Shown here piece by piece: positions 18,913-29,533 of a stretch of 64,000 nt of DNA (position 1 is the stretch's first letter; each line of letters opens with the position of its first letter). This stretch comes from an uncultured Actinomycetes bacterium. Its GTDB lineage: Bacteria; Actinomycetota; Acidimicrobiia; Spongiisociales; ZC4RG35. The stretch covers positions 265,987 through 329,986 of the forward strand of contig CAVSQY010000008.1 in assembly GCA_963730285.1 (NCBI GenBank). Direction: 5' to 3'. The position numbers were made by a program, and so were the translations under genes. Under the pieces are notes generated by a model, which did not search any database, was not told where the DNA came from, and saw nothing but the letters and a program-made list of their open reading frames with translations.

Positions 18913-20148
18913 ATGAAAGGGCCGGTCACCTTGAATCGTGGCGTCACGTGGACCGTCTGGGTATTTGCCTCGCTGATCCTCGTCGGAACCGTGGTCGGCA
19001 TCGCCCAAGGGTTGGCCGACGGCCAGTTCGTCGGGACGACTTTGGACCAGGCAGGAGCATTGGCCTGGAACCTCCTACCACTCTCGTTCGCTGCGACTGC
19101 GGCGGTGATCGTTTCCAGACAACCCCGCAACCTGGTCGGATGGCTACTGATGGTTCCCGCCCTTGCCGCACCGGGAGACACCATCTTCGCCCCGGTGCTG
19201 GATGCCCTGACGAGACGGCCCGACGTTCTGTCGGGGTGGCAGGTGGCGGCCTTGTTCTGGAGCAATTGGTCGTGGATCCTTCTGATCTTTCCCGTGTTTC
19301 ATCTGCTGTGGGTCTTCCCAACCGGCAGGCTGCTGTCGAGACGATGGCGCCTGGTCGTGGCATTGGAGGTCACCATGGCCACCGTGCTTCTGGCGGCTTC
19401 ACTCTTCGGATCGAGCATCGGGCCTGTGGACAGTTGGCAGATGGCCAATCCGATCGGGTTCATCCCGATCGGAGCGTTCGACTTCATCTATGGCAACGAC
19501 AACTTCGTCTGGACAATCGGTCTTCTGGTGCTCACAGTGGCGGGTGTCGCCGCGATAGCCCTGCGCTACCGCAATTCCGGGACGGTCGAGCGAGGGCAGA
19601 TCAAATGGTTGCTATACGCGGTCGCAGTGTTTGGCTTGGTCTACGCGGCGGCAGCCTCGTTCACGAGCTTCGCCGATGGCGGGATCTTCGATCTCTTGCT
19701 CGCCACAACGCTGATGTCCATCCCCGTCAGCATCGGGATCGCCGTCCTCAGATATCGACTCTTCGACATCGATCTGATCATCCGAAGGACCCTCGTATAC
19801 ACGGTGTTGACCGGGACATTGATCGGCATCTACGTCGGGTCCGTGGTGATCCTCCAAAACTTGATCGGAGGCGCCATAGGAGAACAGTCACCACTCACCG
19901 TGGCAGCCTCCACCCTCCTGATCGCCTCACTGTTCAACCCGGTGCGTCATCGCCTCCAGCGAGTGGTCGATCGCAACCTGTTCCGATCCAAATACAACAC
20001 TCAAAAGGTGGTGGAGGCGTTCGTCGCCACTACTCGCGACCAGGCAGATGTCGATCAGCTCGCCGCCGACCTCCTACAACTGGTCGAGAACACCCTCCAG
20101 CCCAGCGTCCAAGGCGTCTGGGTCAAAGGCGCTGCTCAGAGGATCTGA
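18913..20148 (+). CDS. Polytopic membrane protein resembling the N-terminal sensor module of actinobacterial histidine kinases (no kinase domain)
   Basis: About 8 TM helices, then motifs [45 protein letters not shown] and [12 protein letters not shown] that normally precede HisKA in sensor kinases; ends without a catalytic domain; start at 18871 or the internal ATG 18913; disrupted paralog at 51619-52772. Confidence 0.6.
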   Translation: MKGPVTLNRGVTWTVWVFASLILVGTVVGIAQGLADGQFVGTTLDQAGALAWNLLPLSFAATAAVIVSRQPRNLVGWLLMVPALAAPGDTIFAPVLDALTRRPDVLSGWQVAALFWSNWSWILLIFPVFHLLWVFPTGRLLSRRWRLVVALEVTMATVLLAASLFGSSIGPVDSWQMANPIGFIPIGAFDFIYGNDNFVWTIGLLVLTVAGVAAIALRYRNSGTVERGQIKWLLYAVAVFGLVYAAAASFTSFADGGIFDLLLATTLMSIPVSIGIAVLRYRLFDIDLIIRRTLVYTVLTGTLIGIYVGSVVILQNLIGGAIGEQSPLTVAASTLLIASLFNPVRHRLQRVVDRNLFRSKYNTQKVVEAFVATTRDQADVDQLAADLLQLVENTLQPSVQGVWVKGAAQRI

Positions 20149-20915
20149 CTGAGGAAGAGCTTGGTCCGGTCTTCCTGAGGATCGGTGAAGAAGTGCTCCG
20201 GCGTCCCCACTTCGACTATCTCGCCGTCGGCCATGAACACCACCCGGTTGGCCACGGCGCGGGCAAACCCCATCTCGTGCGTGACGACGATCATGGTCAT
20301 GCCCCCCTCGGCTAGCTCGACCATGACATCGAGCACCTCCTTGATCATCTCGGGATCGAGGGCGGATGTCGGCTCGTCGAACAACATCACCTTGGGTTGC
20401 ATTGCCAAGGCCCGGGCGATGGCCACCCGTTGTTGCTGACCACCTGAGAGCTGACCCGGGTACTTGCGCGCCTGCTCGGGGATCTGCACTCGCTCCAGCA
20501 TCTCGAGACCGAGCTCCTCGGCTTCCTTCTTGGGGAGCCGGCGAACCTGGCGCGGGGCCAACGTGATGTTGTCCATGATCGAGAGGTGAGGGAACAGGTT
20601 GAATTGCTGGAAGACCATCCCGGTCTCACGTCTGATCTCTTGGATGTTCCTCAGATCATCAGACAGCTCGGTCCCATCGACCACGATTCGGCCGGCATCG
20701 TGCTTCTCCAACCGGTTGATGCATCGGATCATGGTGGACTTGCCCGAGCCGGAGGGTCCGATCACGACCACCACCTCCTGACGGCCAACCTTGAGGTTGA
20801 TGTCCTTGAGGGCCTGGAACGTCCCAAAGAACTTGTCGACGTGCTCCAACTCGATGGCAGCATCCCCCATCGCCTGCGTGGCGTCGGCGAATACTGACGG
20901 TCTGGCATCGGTCAT
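20136..20915 (-). CDS. Polar amino acid ABC transporter ATP-binding protein (system 1)
   Basis: Walker [10 protein letters not shown], signature [14 protein letters not shown], Walker [13 protein letters not shown]-loop VTHEMGFA; 3' end overlaps the convergent gene by 13 nt. Confidence 0.93.
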   Translation of the reverse strand: MTDARPSVFADATQAMGDAAIELEHVDKFFGTFQALKDINLKVGRQEVVVVIGPSGSGKSTMIRCINRLEKHDAGRIVVDGTELSDDLRNIQEIRRETGMVFQQFNLFPHLSIMDNITLAPRQVRRLPKKEAEELGLEMLERVQIPEQARKYPGQLSGGQQQRVAIARALAMQPKVMLFDEPTSALDPEMIKEVLDVMVELAEGGMTMIVVTHEMGFARAVANRVVFMADGEIVEVGTPEHFFTDPQEDRTKLFLSQIL

Positions 20916-22165
20916 CTCGTGCCCACTCCTAGCTTTCTCTCCAAACGTTGGCTTTCCCGCGACATGGTGAACGATCCCACCCAGAACAGGAAGGCGACAA
21001 AGGCGAGGGTCTCGATTATCAATCCCTGCCCGCGGAACACGTCCTGTTGGGTGATCACCCTCGCTCCCCGCAACAGATCGAGGACACCGAGGGCGAGACC
21101 GGCAAGGGTGGTGTCCTTGAACAACGAGATGAATTGGCCGATCTGGGCCGGTATCACATTCCGCAGGGCCTGGGGGAGGATTATGCGTGTCGTTTGGGTG
21201 AACGGGCTCAGACCCAGGGCCTTTGCCGCCTCTTCCTGACCTCTCGGCACCGATTGGAGCCCACCGCGGACAATCTCGGCCAGATAGGCCGCGGTGAACA
21301 ATGTGAACGTGACCACGGCCCGCACCGTCTTGCTGGGGGCGATCGAGGCCGGGACGAAGAACTCCAGGGACACGTTGGCCAACAACAACAACACATAGAG
21401 GGGAGCTCCGCGCACGAACTCGATATAGGCGATCGACAGCGAGCGGAGCAGGGGAAGCTTCGACCTACGACCGAGAGCGAGGAGGACCCCCAGTGGGAAG
21501 GAGAGGATGATCCCGGCGGCGGCCGAGGTGAGGTTGAACATGAAGCCCTCCCATTCGGCAAATGGGACGGCATCGACGAGATAGAAGAAGACGACGAACG
21601 GTGTCGCAGCCATGATCAGGATACCGAGCCGACCGAGCAGCGACGGGACGGCCATTGCCCCGAGACGGGACCCGATCTGCCACCCCAAGAGGACTCCGAC
21701 CAGAAGGCCGAGTCCGGCCAGCCACGGTCCACCGCTGCTGGTGAGCAGCAGGAGGAGCAAGACCGTGGCGATGATCAGGCCGAAGCGCCGGGTCAGGTCG
21801 GCGGCCCTCGTCCAACCGCTGAGCAGCTCGCCCTCGTCGGCAAGTCGGAGCTGACGGGCCCGAATCAACCCGGCGATGACGCCTCCCCACAGGCCCATCA
21901 CACCCAATGCCACTGCGATCCGTGGCAGATGCTCCGGGGGCCAGCGTCCGACCAACAGCAACTTGAGGTTGACCCGAATGATCTCCCAGCGAGCGGTGAC
22001 GAAGACAAAGTTGAGGAATTGGAACACCAGATAGATCCCCAAAGCCCCGAACACCATTGTGAGCAGACCATCCCACTTGGACCGAAACAGGTTGTGACGC
22101 ATCCAGGCGACTACCGGAGAAGGAGGAGACGACGAAGTCGGCCTCGTGGGGGCAAGATCGGTCAT
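20912..22165 (-). CDS. Amino acid ABC transporter permease (system 1, second permease)
   Basis: Start [12 protein letters not shown]... chosen at the ATG overlapping the upstream permease stop (ATGA) with GGAGAG RBS; the longer track ORF N-terminus is Arg-rich artefact; EAA-loop region ([26 protein letters not shown]). Confidence 0.85.
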   Translation of the reverse strand: MTDLAPTRPTSSSPPSPVVAWMRHNLFRSKWDGLLTMVFGALGIYLVFQFLNFVFVTARWEIIRVNLKLLLVGRWPPEHLPRIAVALGVMGLWGGVIAGLIRARQLRLADEGELLSGWTRAADLTRRFGLIIATVLLLLLLTSSGGPWLAGLGLLVGVLLGWQIGSRLGAMAVPSLLGRLGILIMAATPFVVFFYLVDAVPFAEWEGFMFNLTSAAAGIILSFPLGVLLALGRRSKLPLLRSLSIAYIEFVRGAPLYVLLLLANVSLEFFVPASIAPSKTVRAVVTFTLFTAAYLAEIVRGGLQSVPRGQEEAAKALGLSPFTQTTRIILPQALRNVIPAQIGQFISLFKDTTLAGLALGVLDLLRGARVITQQDVFRGQGLIIETLAFVAFLFWVGSFTMSRESQRLERKLGVGTR

Positions 22166-23325
22166 CTCTCCACCAAGGCGAATCGGCGATTGGCCACATT
22201 GACGAAGGACGAGGTGACAAGAGACATCATCACGTAGAAGACCAGTGCGATGGTGAAGGCCGGGACCGCAGGCGAGCCATTGCCCACAGTGATCTGAGTG
22301 ACGTTGGTCAACTCGAAATAGGCGAACCCGGCTCCCAGAGACGAGTTCTTGAGCAGGTTCAGGTATTGATTGCCCAGGGGTGGGATCGCGATCCGCATCG
22401 CCTGGGGCAACACCACGTTCCACATTCGCTGAAATGGGCTCAGAGCGAGGGCGCTGGCCGCTTCGCCCTGGCCCCGGGGAACGGCCTGGATCGATCCGCG
22501 TACGATCTCGGCGATGTGACTGGCGGTGTAGATGACCAGGGCGATGAGCACCGCGAAATAGGAGGGGTCGATCTTGATCCCACCCACGATCTGAAGGCCA
22601 ACCCGGGCGGGAAGGGTCAGGTTGAAGCCAAATGCCAACCAGCCCGACACCAGGACGAGCAACAGGAAGACCGAGCCAATGAGCCCGGAGCGGGCGGGTG
22701 CTCCGGTGGCCTCTGACACAGAGCGTCTCCATCTCGCGATGAGCCACCAGCCTGCGATGCCGACGACCAGCAAGAGAAAGATGATCCCGCCGGAGTTCCC
22801 CTCATACCAGGGGACACCGATCCCCCGATTGGAGATCACCAACCACCCGAGCGGCAGCCAGGCCTCCTGAATCCTCGGTAGAGCTTGCAGAACCACACCG
22901 AGGAAGGTGAAGACCATTATCACCAGAAGCGGGAGATTCCTGATCACCTCGACGTAGATGGTCGAGAGCTTGTTGACCACCCAGTTGGTGGAGAGACGCC
23001 CGATTCCGATGAGGATCCCGAGGATCGTGGCCATGATGATGCCCACCACCGCCACCCTGATGGTGTTGAGGATCCCGATGACGAAGGCCGACCGGACTGC
23101 CTGGGTCTGGGCAAAGTCACTCCCGGTGATCTCGAAGTTCGCCGGGTTGGAGAGAAAGTCGAAGTTGGTGGGAATGCCGCTCGAGGCAGTGTTGGCGGTG
23201 TAGTTGCCCAACAGCCAATACACGATGGCGGCGACCACGGCGAAGACCACCAGCTGGAACACCCAAGACAGGACGCGGACATTCCGCCACAACGGCGGTC
23301 TAGGCGCCTTTTCAATGGTCGTCAT
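22162..23325 (-). CDS. Amino acid ABC transporter permease (system 1, first permease; AapQ/BztB-like)
   Basis: Multiple TM helices; conserved permease motif ASALALSPFQRMWNVVLPQAMRIAIPPLGNQ. Confidence 0.88.
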   Translation of the reverse strand: MTTIEKAPRPPLWRNVRVLSWVFQLVVFAVVAAIVYWLLGNYTANTASSGIPTNFDFLSNPANFEITGSDFAQTQAVRSAFVIGILNTIRVAVVGIIMATILGILIGIGRLSTNWVVNKLSTIYVEVIRNLPLLVIMVFTFLGVVLQALPRIQEAWLPLGWLVISNRGIGVPWYEGNSGGIIFLLLVVGIAGWWLIARWRRSVSEATGAPARSGLIGSVFLLLVLVSGWLAFGFNLTLPARVGLQIVGGIKIDPSYFAVLIALVIYTASHIAEIVRGSIQAVPRGQGEAASALALSPFQRMWNVVLPQAMRIAIPPLGNQYLNLLKNSSLGAGFAYFELTNVTQITVGNGSPAVPAFTIALVFYVMMSLVTSSFVNVANRRFALVER

Positions 23326-23377
23326 GATCGAGAGGGTGTGGGTCGGCGAATTCGCCGACCCACACCCTCATTGAGCT

Positions 23378-24520
23378 CTACCGATAAGGCGGTGGATAGA
23401 GCAGGCCACCATCGGTCCAGAGTGCATTGACCCCACGCTCGAGACCCAACGGCGTCAGGTTCCGCTCGAAGATCTCGCCGTAGTTGCCGACCTGCTTCAC
23501 CACCTGATAGGCGAAGTCGGTGGGGAGCCCGAGACCGGGGTCGAGGACCGTCATGGCCCCATCGGTCTCGAATTCGGCACCGAGGAATCGCTTGATGTTC
23601 AAGTCCTCGCTGGAGGCCAACATGTCGTCGACGTTCTCCGATGTGATCCCGAACTCCTCAGCCTGGATCGTGGCGTAGATCGCCCAGTTGACGACCTGTG
23701 CCCAGGCGGTGTCACCGTCGGCCACGGCAGGAGCCAAAGGCTCCTTGGAGAAGACCTCGGGCAGGATGGTCAGAGCTTCGGGCCCGTCGGGGTAAACCGA
23801 GCGCAATCCGGTCAGCTGGCTGACATCCGAGCTCCAACCGTCACACTGACCAGCGAGGAAGGCCTCCTGGATCAGGTCGGGGTCGTCGAAGGGGCGCACC
23901 TCCCAGTCCAGACCCAGACGGTCCGCCTCGGTGACCGCGTTACCCTCGGTAGTGGTCCCCTTGGCCACACAGACCACAACGCCATCGAGATCGGACACAC
24001 TGGTATAGCCACTGTCCGTCGCCACCATCATCCCCTGCCCGTCATAGAAGTTGGGCTGGAGGAATGTCGCTCCCTCATTCCCGTCACGGGTGGCCGTAAA
24101 GGTGGTGTTTCTCACCAGGACATCGATCTGCCCCGACTGCAGAGCAGTGAAGCGATCAGCTGTTTCCAGATCCACGTGATTCACCTTCGTGGCGTCACCA
24201 AGGACGGCCGCGGCGATCACCCGGCAGAAGTCGGAGTCGAAACCTACGTGCTCTCCCGAGTCATCGAGTACGGCGAAGCCGGGGAGGGCATCACGGGTCC
24301 CACAATTGAGCTCATCTCGGGCGATGACCTCGTCGAGTAGTGAACCGCTGTCCCCGCCATCGCCGGGAGCCGCGGCAGTTGTGGTGGTGTCCCCCCCGCT
24401 GTTGTCGCCAGAGTCGACGGCAGCACTGGTGGTGGTCTCGTCGCCGCCACTGTCCGAGGTGCAGGCCGCCAGCACCAGCATCAGGGCGGTGAGAACCGCC
24501 AATAGTTTGCTTACTTTCAT
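23378..24520 (-). CDS. Amino acid ABC transporter substrate-binding lipoprotein (system 1; general L-amino acid type)
   Basis: MKVSKLLAVLTALMLVLAAC lipobox after GGAGG RBS; type-II periplasmic binding fold; Thr/Asp/Gly-rich linker. Confidence 0.85.
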   Translation of the reverse strand: MKVSKLLAVLTALMLVLAACTSDSGGDETTTSAAVDSGDNSGGDTTTTAAAPGDGGDSGSLLDEVIARDELNCGTRDALPGFAVLDDSGEHVGFDSDFCRVIAAAVLGDATKVNHVDLETADRFTALQSGQIDVLVRNTTFTATRDGNEGATFLQPNFYDGQGMMVATDSGYTSVSDLDGVVVCVAKGTTTEGNAVTEADRLGLDWEVRPFDDPDLIQEAFLAGQCDGWSSDVSQLTGLRSVYPDGPEALTILPEVFSKEPLAPAVADGDTAWAQVVNWAIYATIQAEEFGITSENVDDMLASSEDLNIKRFLGAEFETDGAMTVLDPGLGLPTDFAYQVVKQVGNYGEIFERNLTPLGLERGVNALWTDGGLLYPPPYR

Positions 24521-24623
24521 TTTGCCTCCATAGGGTCGCGTCACACGCACCAAGACAAATTGGTGTGCGAGTTGCAGGTGGCGACCCTAGCCATTCACCC
24601 TCCGGCTGTGCCCGGGTGTTTGG

Positions 24624-25364
24624 TCAGGCTTCGGTCATGAGGCTCAGGAAGCGTCGTGCCCGATCGGTGCTCGGATCCACCAAGACCCGAGCAGGCGGCC
24701 CCTCTTCGATGACCTTCCCCTCATCCATGAAGACCACCCGATGGGCGACATCTCGTGCGAATCCGAGCTCGTGGGAGACGACGATCATGGTCATCCCCTC
24801 CAGAGCAAGGGTCTTGATCACCGACAGGACCTCCCCAACCAGCTCGGGGTCGAGAGCGCTGGTCGGCTCGTCGAAGAGCATCAATGCCGGGCTCATAGCC
24901 AGCGCTCGAATGATGGCCACCCGCTGTTGCTGCCCGCCCGACAGCCGGTCCGGGTACTCGTCGCGCTTGGCTCCCAGATCGAAGCGCTCCAGGAGGCGAA
25001 TTGCCTCGGCCTCGGCCTCTTCGGGTGCGGTCTTGAGCACCTTTTTTGGTGCGAGCGTGATGTTATCCATCACCGACAGGTGCGGGAAAAGGTTGAAAGC
25101 CTGAAAGACGATCCCGATCTTGCGGCGGACCGAGTCGGCGTTGAACTCGGGGTCTGCGATGTCAACACCTTCGAGCAGGACCTTCCCGTCATCGATGGGC
25201 TCGAGCAGGTTGATGCAGCGGAGAAGCGTGGACTTTCCCGAGCCGGAGGGCCCGACAACCGCCACCACCTCGTGTTTGGACAATTGCAGGCTGACATCGG
25301 AGAGCACCACCAGGTCGCCGAACTCCTTCCAAACGTGCTCGACTGCGAGTAGGGGAGAGCTCAC
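24624..25364 (-). CDS. Polar amino acid ABC transporter ATP-binding protein (system 2)
   Basis: [46 protein letters not shown]; GTG start overlaps the upstream permease stop (GTGA); the longer track ORF N-terminus is artefact. Confidence 0.9.
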   Translation of the reverse strand: MSSPLLAVEHVWKEFGDLVVLSDVSLQLSKHEVVAVVGPSGSGKSTLLRCINLLEPIDDGKVLLEGVDIADPEFNADSVRRKIGIVFQAFNLFPHLSVMDNITLAPKKVLKTAPEEAEAEAIRLLERFDLGAKRDEYPDRLSGGQQQRVAIIRALAMSPALMLFDEPTSALDPELVGEVLSVIKTLALEGMTMIVVSHELGFARDVAHRVVFMDEGKVIEEGPPARVLVDPSTDRARRFLSLMTEA

Positions 25365-26230
25365 ATCACACCACCGGTGACCCGTTTTCTCTGCTTTGCG
25401 ATGAGGTAGTCGGTGAATCTGGCGAGTGGGATGGTGAGAATCAAGAACAAGAGGGCCGCAGCCAGATAGGCGGTGAAATTGAAAGTGCGTGCGTTGTAGA
25501 TCTGGGCACGGCGAAACGCCTCCTGGACCCCGAGCAGGGCGACCAGGGCGGAGTCCTTCTGCAGGGCAACGAAATCGTTGAGCAGCGGTGGGATGACGCG
25601 CCGGACCGCCTGGGGCAGCACCACCCAGCGCATCGACTGGCCTGAGGTGAGGCCGAGTGACCGGGCCGCCGCCCGCTGGCTCTCGTGCACCGACTCGATG
25701 CCGGCCCGATATATCTCGGCCACGTAGGCCGAGTACGAGATGACCAAGGTTGCAATCGCCCAGAACTCCTGACTGTTGGGTACGCCACGAAGCGAGAGTG
25801 CGGGGACTCCGAAGCCGAGGAGATAGAGAAGGATGATGGTGGGGATGCCCCGGATCAGGTCGACATAGCCGGTTGCGGCGAGCCTCAGTGGGGTCAGGAC
25901 CGGTGATCGGCTGTTGCGGATCACGGCCAGGGTCAGGGCCACGATCAGGATCAAGACCTCGGCGATCATGAAGATCCGGACATTTCGCTTGAACCCTTCG
26001 AGGATCTGTGGAAAGGAGGCCTTGAAGTCCTCCCAGCTGAAGAAGGACTCGCGGACGGCGGCCCAACCCGGTGAGCTCACCACGAGGTAGGCGATGGTCC
26101 CGAACACCACGACGCTGCTGATGGCCCCGATGATCAGGGAGCGGCGTCTCTGGGCCTTCTGAAAGGCGAGACGCCGTGCCCGACCCGGTGACATGCCCGG
26201 ATCTCGACGCGGCGCCTCGGCCTCAGTCAT
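25361..26230 (-). CDS. Polar amino acid ABC transporter permease (system 2)
   Basis: His/Gln-type permease with EAA-like loop (AARSLGLTSGQSMRWVVLPQAVRRVIPPLLNDF). Confidence 0.88.
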   Translation of the reverse strand: MTEAEAPRRDPGMSPGRARRLAFQKAQRRRSLIIGAISSVVVFGTIAYLVVSSPGWAAVRESFFSWEDFKASFPQILEGFKRNVRIFMIAEVLILIVALTLAVIRNSRSPVLTPLRLAATGYVDLIRGIPTIILLYLLGFGVPALSLRGVPNSQEFWAIATLVISYSAYVAEIYRAGIESVHESQRAAARSLGLTSGQSMRWVVLPQAVRRVIPPLLNDFVALQKDSALVALLGVQEAFRRAQIYNARTFNFTAYLAAALLFLILTIPLARFTDYLIAKQRKRVTGGVM

Positions 26231-26246
26231 CTAGTGGTCTGTGAGG

Positions 26247-27083
26247 TCAGGTCGTCGGGATGACCGGTGCATCGACAACGTCCGACAGCCACTCCTTCTG
26301 AATCGCGTCCAGATCGATATTGCCAAGGGCCTCGTTGACACAGTCACGCAGAGGGTTGCCCTCCTCGAAAAGCATCCCGAACTGCTCGGGGTTGTCACCG
26401 CTGGATGGGAACTGGGCTATCACGGCCGAGCCCTCGATCTCGACCGCCGACACGTAGAAGGCGGTGGGAAGGTCGAGGATCAACCCATCCAACTGCCCCG
26501 CGTCAAAAGCCGCCTTGGCGTCGGCGTTGCTGTCGTAAACCAGCGGCTCCGTGTCGGGTTGGATCACCTCGTTGATGAAATCGAGGCTGGTGGTGCCCAC
26601 CTGTGCGCCCAATCGATAACCCTTGAGGTCATCGATGGTGGTCGCCGAGGCAATGTCCGAGTCGGAGAACCCGAGCAGGGCCTGGTTGACGTTGTAGTAG
26701 CCGTCGGAGAAGTCGACCACCTGGTCGCGCTCATCGGTGATCGAGATCTGGTTGATGTCGAAGTCGAAGTTCTTCTCGCCCGGCGCATACGAGTTGTTGA
26801 ACGGCACAGTGACCCACTCGACCTCGTCTTTGGAGAACCCAAGCTGGTCCGCCACTGCATAGGCCACGGCGCTCTCGAAACCGGTTCCGGTGGATGGGCC
26901 GCCGTCGAAGTCGAACCAGGGCGGGAAGGCGGGATCGTCCGTCCCGATGGTCAACACGCCGTCCTGGACGAGATTGAGGTCCTCCTTGGCACATGACTGG
27001 CCAGAGGTTCCCCCGGTCTCGTCGGTGCCGCAGCCGGCCAGCACGAGAGCGAGCACAGCTACCAGGGCGATGTACTTCTTCAT
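26247..27083 (-). CDS. Amino acid ABC transporter substrate-binding lipoprotein (system 2)
   Basis: MKKYIALVAVLALVLAGCG lipobox; SBP_bac_3-type fold; paralog of the system-3 binding protein. Confidence 0.85.
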   Translation of the reverse strand: MKKYIALVAVLALVLAGCGTDETGGTSGQSCAKEDLNLVQDGVLTIGTDDPAFPPWFDFDGGPSTGTGFESAVAYAVADQLGFSKDEVEWVTVPFNNSYAPGEKNFDFDINQISITDERDQVVDFSDGYYNVNQALLGFSDSDIASATTIDDLKGYRLGAQVGTTSLDFINEVIQPDTEPLVYDSNADAKAAFDAGQLDGLILDLPTAFYVSAVEIEGSAVIAQFPSSGDNPEQFGMLFEEGNPLRDCVNEALGNIDLDAIQKEWLSDVVDAPVIPTT

Positions 27084-27134
27084 GAGTGAACTCCTCCAGA
27101 GGCGGATTCAAAGGGTGATGGGAGCGTAGTGCTG

Positions 27135-27875
27135 CTATTTCTCGAGCACCATGCGGAGGAAGCGGCGAGCGCGTTCGGTCTTGGGGTCGACCAGGACCTC
27201 TCCCGGAGGGCCTTCCTCGACGACGACGCCACCGTCCATGAAGACGACACGGTCGGCGACCTCCTGGGCAAATCCCATCTCATGGGTGACGACCATCATG
27301 GTCATCCCTTCGTTGGCCAGCTTGCGCATCACATCCAAGACCTCACCGATCAGCTCCGGGTCGAGGGCGGACGTTGGCTCGTCGAAAAGCATCATGTCGG
27401 GGTTCATCGACAGGGCACGGGCGATGGCCACCCGCTGCTGCTGGCCACCGGAGAGATGCATGGGGAAGGCATCGACCTTGTCGGAGAGCCCTACTCGTTC
27501 CAGAACGTCCCGCGCCACCAGCTCCGCTTCTGCCTTGCTCCTTTTCAGCACCTTGACCTGGGCAATGGTCAGATTCCCCAGCACGGTCAGATGAGGGAAC
27601 AGGTTGAACTGCTGGAAGACCATGCCGATCCGGGTGCGGAGGCGATCAACGTCTGCGTCGGGGTGGGTTATGTCCTCCCCCTCGATGAGGATGGTCCCTG
27701 AAGTGGTCTCCTCCAGACGGTTGACACAACGGAGCAATGTCGACTTGCCCGAGCCTGATGGCCCCAAGACGCAAACCACCTCCCCCGGATCCACCCGAAA
27801 GTCGATGCCTTGGAGGACCTCGAGCTCGCCGAAGTACTTGTGCAGATCCTTGATCTCTATCGCGGGCTGGGTCAT
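27135..27875 (-). CDS. Polar amino acid ABC transporter ATP-binding protein (system 3)
   Basis: [47 protein letters not shown]; close paralog of the system-2 ATPase. Confidence 0.92.
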   Translation of the reverse strand: MTQPAIEIKDLHKYFGELEVLQGIDFRVDPGEVVCVLGPSGSGKSTLLRCVNRLEETTSGTILIEGEDITHPDADVDRLRTRIGMVFQQFNLFPHLTVLGNLTIAQVKVLKRSKAEAELVARDVLERVGLSDKVDAFPMHLSGGQQQRVAIARALSMNPDMMLFDEPTSALDPELIGEVLDVMRKLANEGMTMMVVTHEMGFAQEVADRVVFMDGGVVVEEGPPGEVLVDPKTERARRFLRMVLEK

Positions 27876-28708
27876 CGCGCTTTCGCCGTCCTTTTCTCGA
27901 GACGTCGGACCAGATAGGTGAGGGGCAGGGTGATGATCAGGTAGACGATGGCCACCACGGTCAATGGCGTCGCGTTCTGCGTGGTGCTCATGAAATCCCT
28001 GGCGAATTTGGTCAGCTCCTTGGTGACCGGGGTGGTCCCCAGCACGAAGAGAAGCGAGGTGTCCTTGATCAACAGGACGAACTCATTGGTGAGTGGCGGG
28101 ATGATGATCCGAAAGGCCTGAGGGAGCACGATCGAGCCCATGGCCCGGGCCGGGCTCATGCCCAACGATCGGGCGGCTTCCGCCTGGCCCTTGGGCACCG
28201 CCAAGATGCCGGCCCTGATCGTCTCCGCCATGTAGGCGGCGGCGACCACGCCAAGTGCGACCGAGCCGGTGACCAGGGTGCCGCCGGGAAGGTGAAATTG
28301 AAATGCAAGGGGAAGGCCATATCCGAAGAGGATGATGGTGATCAGAGCGGGAAGCCCTCGAAACAGCTCGATGTAGCCGGTGGCAAACCAGCGATAGGGC
28401 TTGATGGTGGAGAGCTTCATCAGGGCCAGGATCAGGGCGAGGATCAGCCCGAACGCGAAAGCCCCCGCGGTGTAGACCAAGGTGTTGCGGGCCGCGATCA
28501 GCAGAACTTCCGGGAGCATCTCCCTGAGGACGTCTGTCTGGAAGAAGGAAAAACGGATCTTCTCCCAGTTGGCCACCAGGGCAAACAGGACGACGGCGAC
28601 GACGAAGACGGCGTACATCGCCCAGCGGCCCACCCGCCGTCGTTGTCTTCGAGTGAGTGTCATGAGACCGTCGGACGACCCCCCGTCACGGGGGGTCGTC
28701 CATGCCAT
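27872..28708 (-). CDS. Polar amino acid ABC transporter permease (system 3)
   Basis: EAA loop ([33 protein letters not shown]); ATGA overlap with the ATPase; alternative internal start at 28663. Confidence 0.85.
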   Translation of the reverse strand: MAWTTPRDGGSSDGLMTLTRRQRRRVGRWAMYAVFVVAVVLFALVANWEKIRFSFFQTDVLREMLPEVLLIAARNTLVYTAGAFAFGLILALILALMKLSTIKPYRWFATGYIELFRGLPALITIILFGYGLPLAFQFHLPGGTLVTGSVALGVVAAAYMAETIRAGILAVPKGQAEAARSLGMSPARAMGSIVLPQAFRIIIPPLTNEFVLLIKDTSLLFVLGTTPVTKELTKFARDFMSTTQNATPLTVVAIVYLIITLPLTYLVRRLEKRTAKAR

Positions 28709-28723
28709 TTCAGATCAAGTGGC

Positions 28724-29506
28724 CTACTTGAACCAATCGGCGTAGATGTCGTCGTAGGTTCCGTCGTCCTTCAACTTGGCCAGTTCGGTGTTGACCGCGT
28801 CGAGCACGTCTTCGGCGCCTTCCTCCTTGACCGCAAAGCCGTACTCCTCGTTGGTGGGATAGGTCTCAACGATGCTGGCGTCGTGATCCAATGCGTATTC
28901 GGCGTTGGGCACGATGTCCTGGAGCACCCCCACGACGTTCCCTGCCTCCAAGGCGAGGAACATATCACCCGGGTTCTCGTATGAGATCAACTCTGTGTCG
29001 TCCGGAGCGTTGTCGTTGGCATAGTCCTCACCGGTGGTCCCTGTCTGAACGGCGATCGACATCCCACCCGAGCTGGCCAGGTCGGTCAACCCTGAGCCAT
29101 CGGCGCCCAAGAGCGACTGATCTGCTGTGAAGTACGGGTCGGAGAAGTCGATGTTCTGCTCACGCTCCTCAGTGATGGTGATCGAAGCCGCAGCCACATC
29201 ACAGCTGCCGCCCTCCATGGCCAGACCCGAGGTGATCGGGTCGAACCCGGTGTTGTTCACCTCCAGGGTGAGACCTAGATCATCGGCCATCGCCCTCATC
29301 AACTCGATGTCGAACCCGGTGTACCCGCCCTCGGCGCTGGAGTCCTCGAACTCCATCGGCTTGTAGGGGGCATCGGTGCAAACGGTCAGAGTGCCGTCCT
29401 TCACCAGATTCAAGTCACTGCCGCTGGACCCCGAGTCGCCGCCGCAGGCAGCGAGCACCAGGGCAAGGGCGGCCGCGGTGGCCACCAGCCTTGTCATATT
29501 CTTCAT
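28724..29506 (-). CDS. Amino acid ABC transporter substrate-binding lipoprotein (system 3)
   Basis: MKNMTRLVATAAALALVLAACGG lipobox preceded by GGAGGA RBS; start chosen at 29506 rather than the track start. Confidence 0.82.
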   Translation of the reverse strand: MKNMTRLVATAAALALVLAACGGDSGSSGSDLNLVKDGTLTVCTDAPYKPMEFEDSSAEGGYTGFDIELMRAMADDLGLTLEVNNTGFDPITSGLAMEGGSCDVAAASITITEEREQNIDFSDPYFTADQSLLGADGSGLTDLASSGGMSIAVQTGTTGEDYANDNAPDDTELISYENPGDMFLALEAGNVVGVLQDIVPNAEYALDHDASIVETYPTNEEYGFAVKEEGAEDVLDAVNTELAKLKDDGTYDDIYADWFK

Positions 29507-29533
29507 TTCTTCCTCCATGAGCGTTTCCGGGAC

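Noticed and set aside
18948-20315. 455-aa alternate-frame ORF over the membrane sensor-module gene
   Set aside because: The same-strand +1 frame of a gene with clear TM and motif structure is an Arg-rich artefact.
20948-22237. 429-aa plus-strand ORF antisense to the ABC permease
   Set aside because: It is a Glu/Asp/Arg-rich antisense frame and the permease on the opposite strand is well supported.
24531-24590. Long imperfect hairpin TAGGGTCGC...GCGACCCTA between ABC systems 1 and 2 as a terminator
   Set aside because: The outer 9-bp stem is perfect but the interior pairs poorly and there is no U-tract. It is mentioned under the ABC finding only as a possible inter-cassette element.
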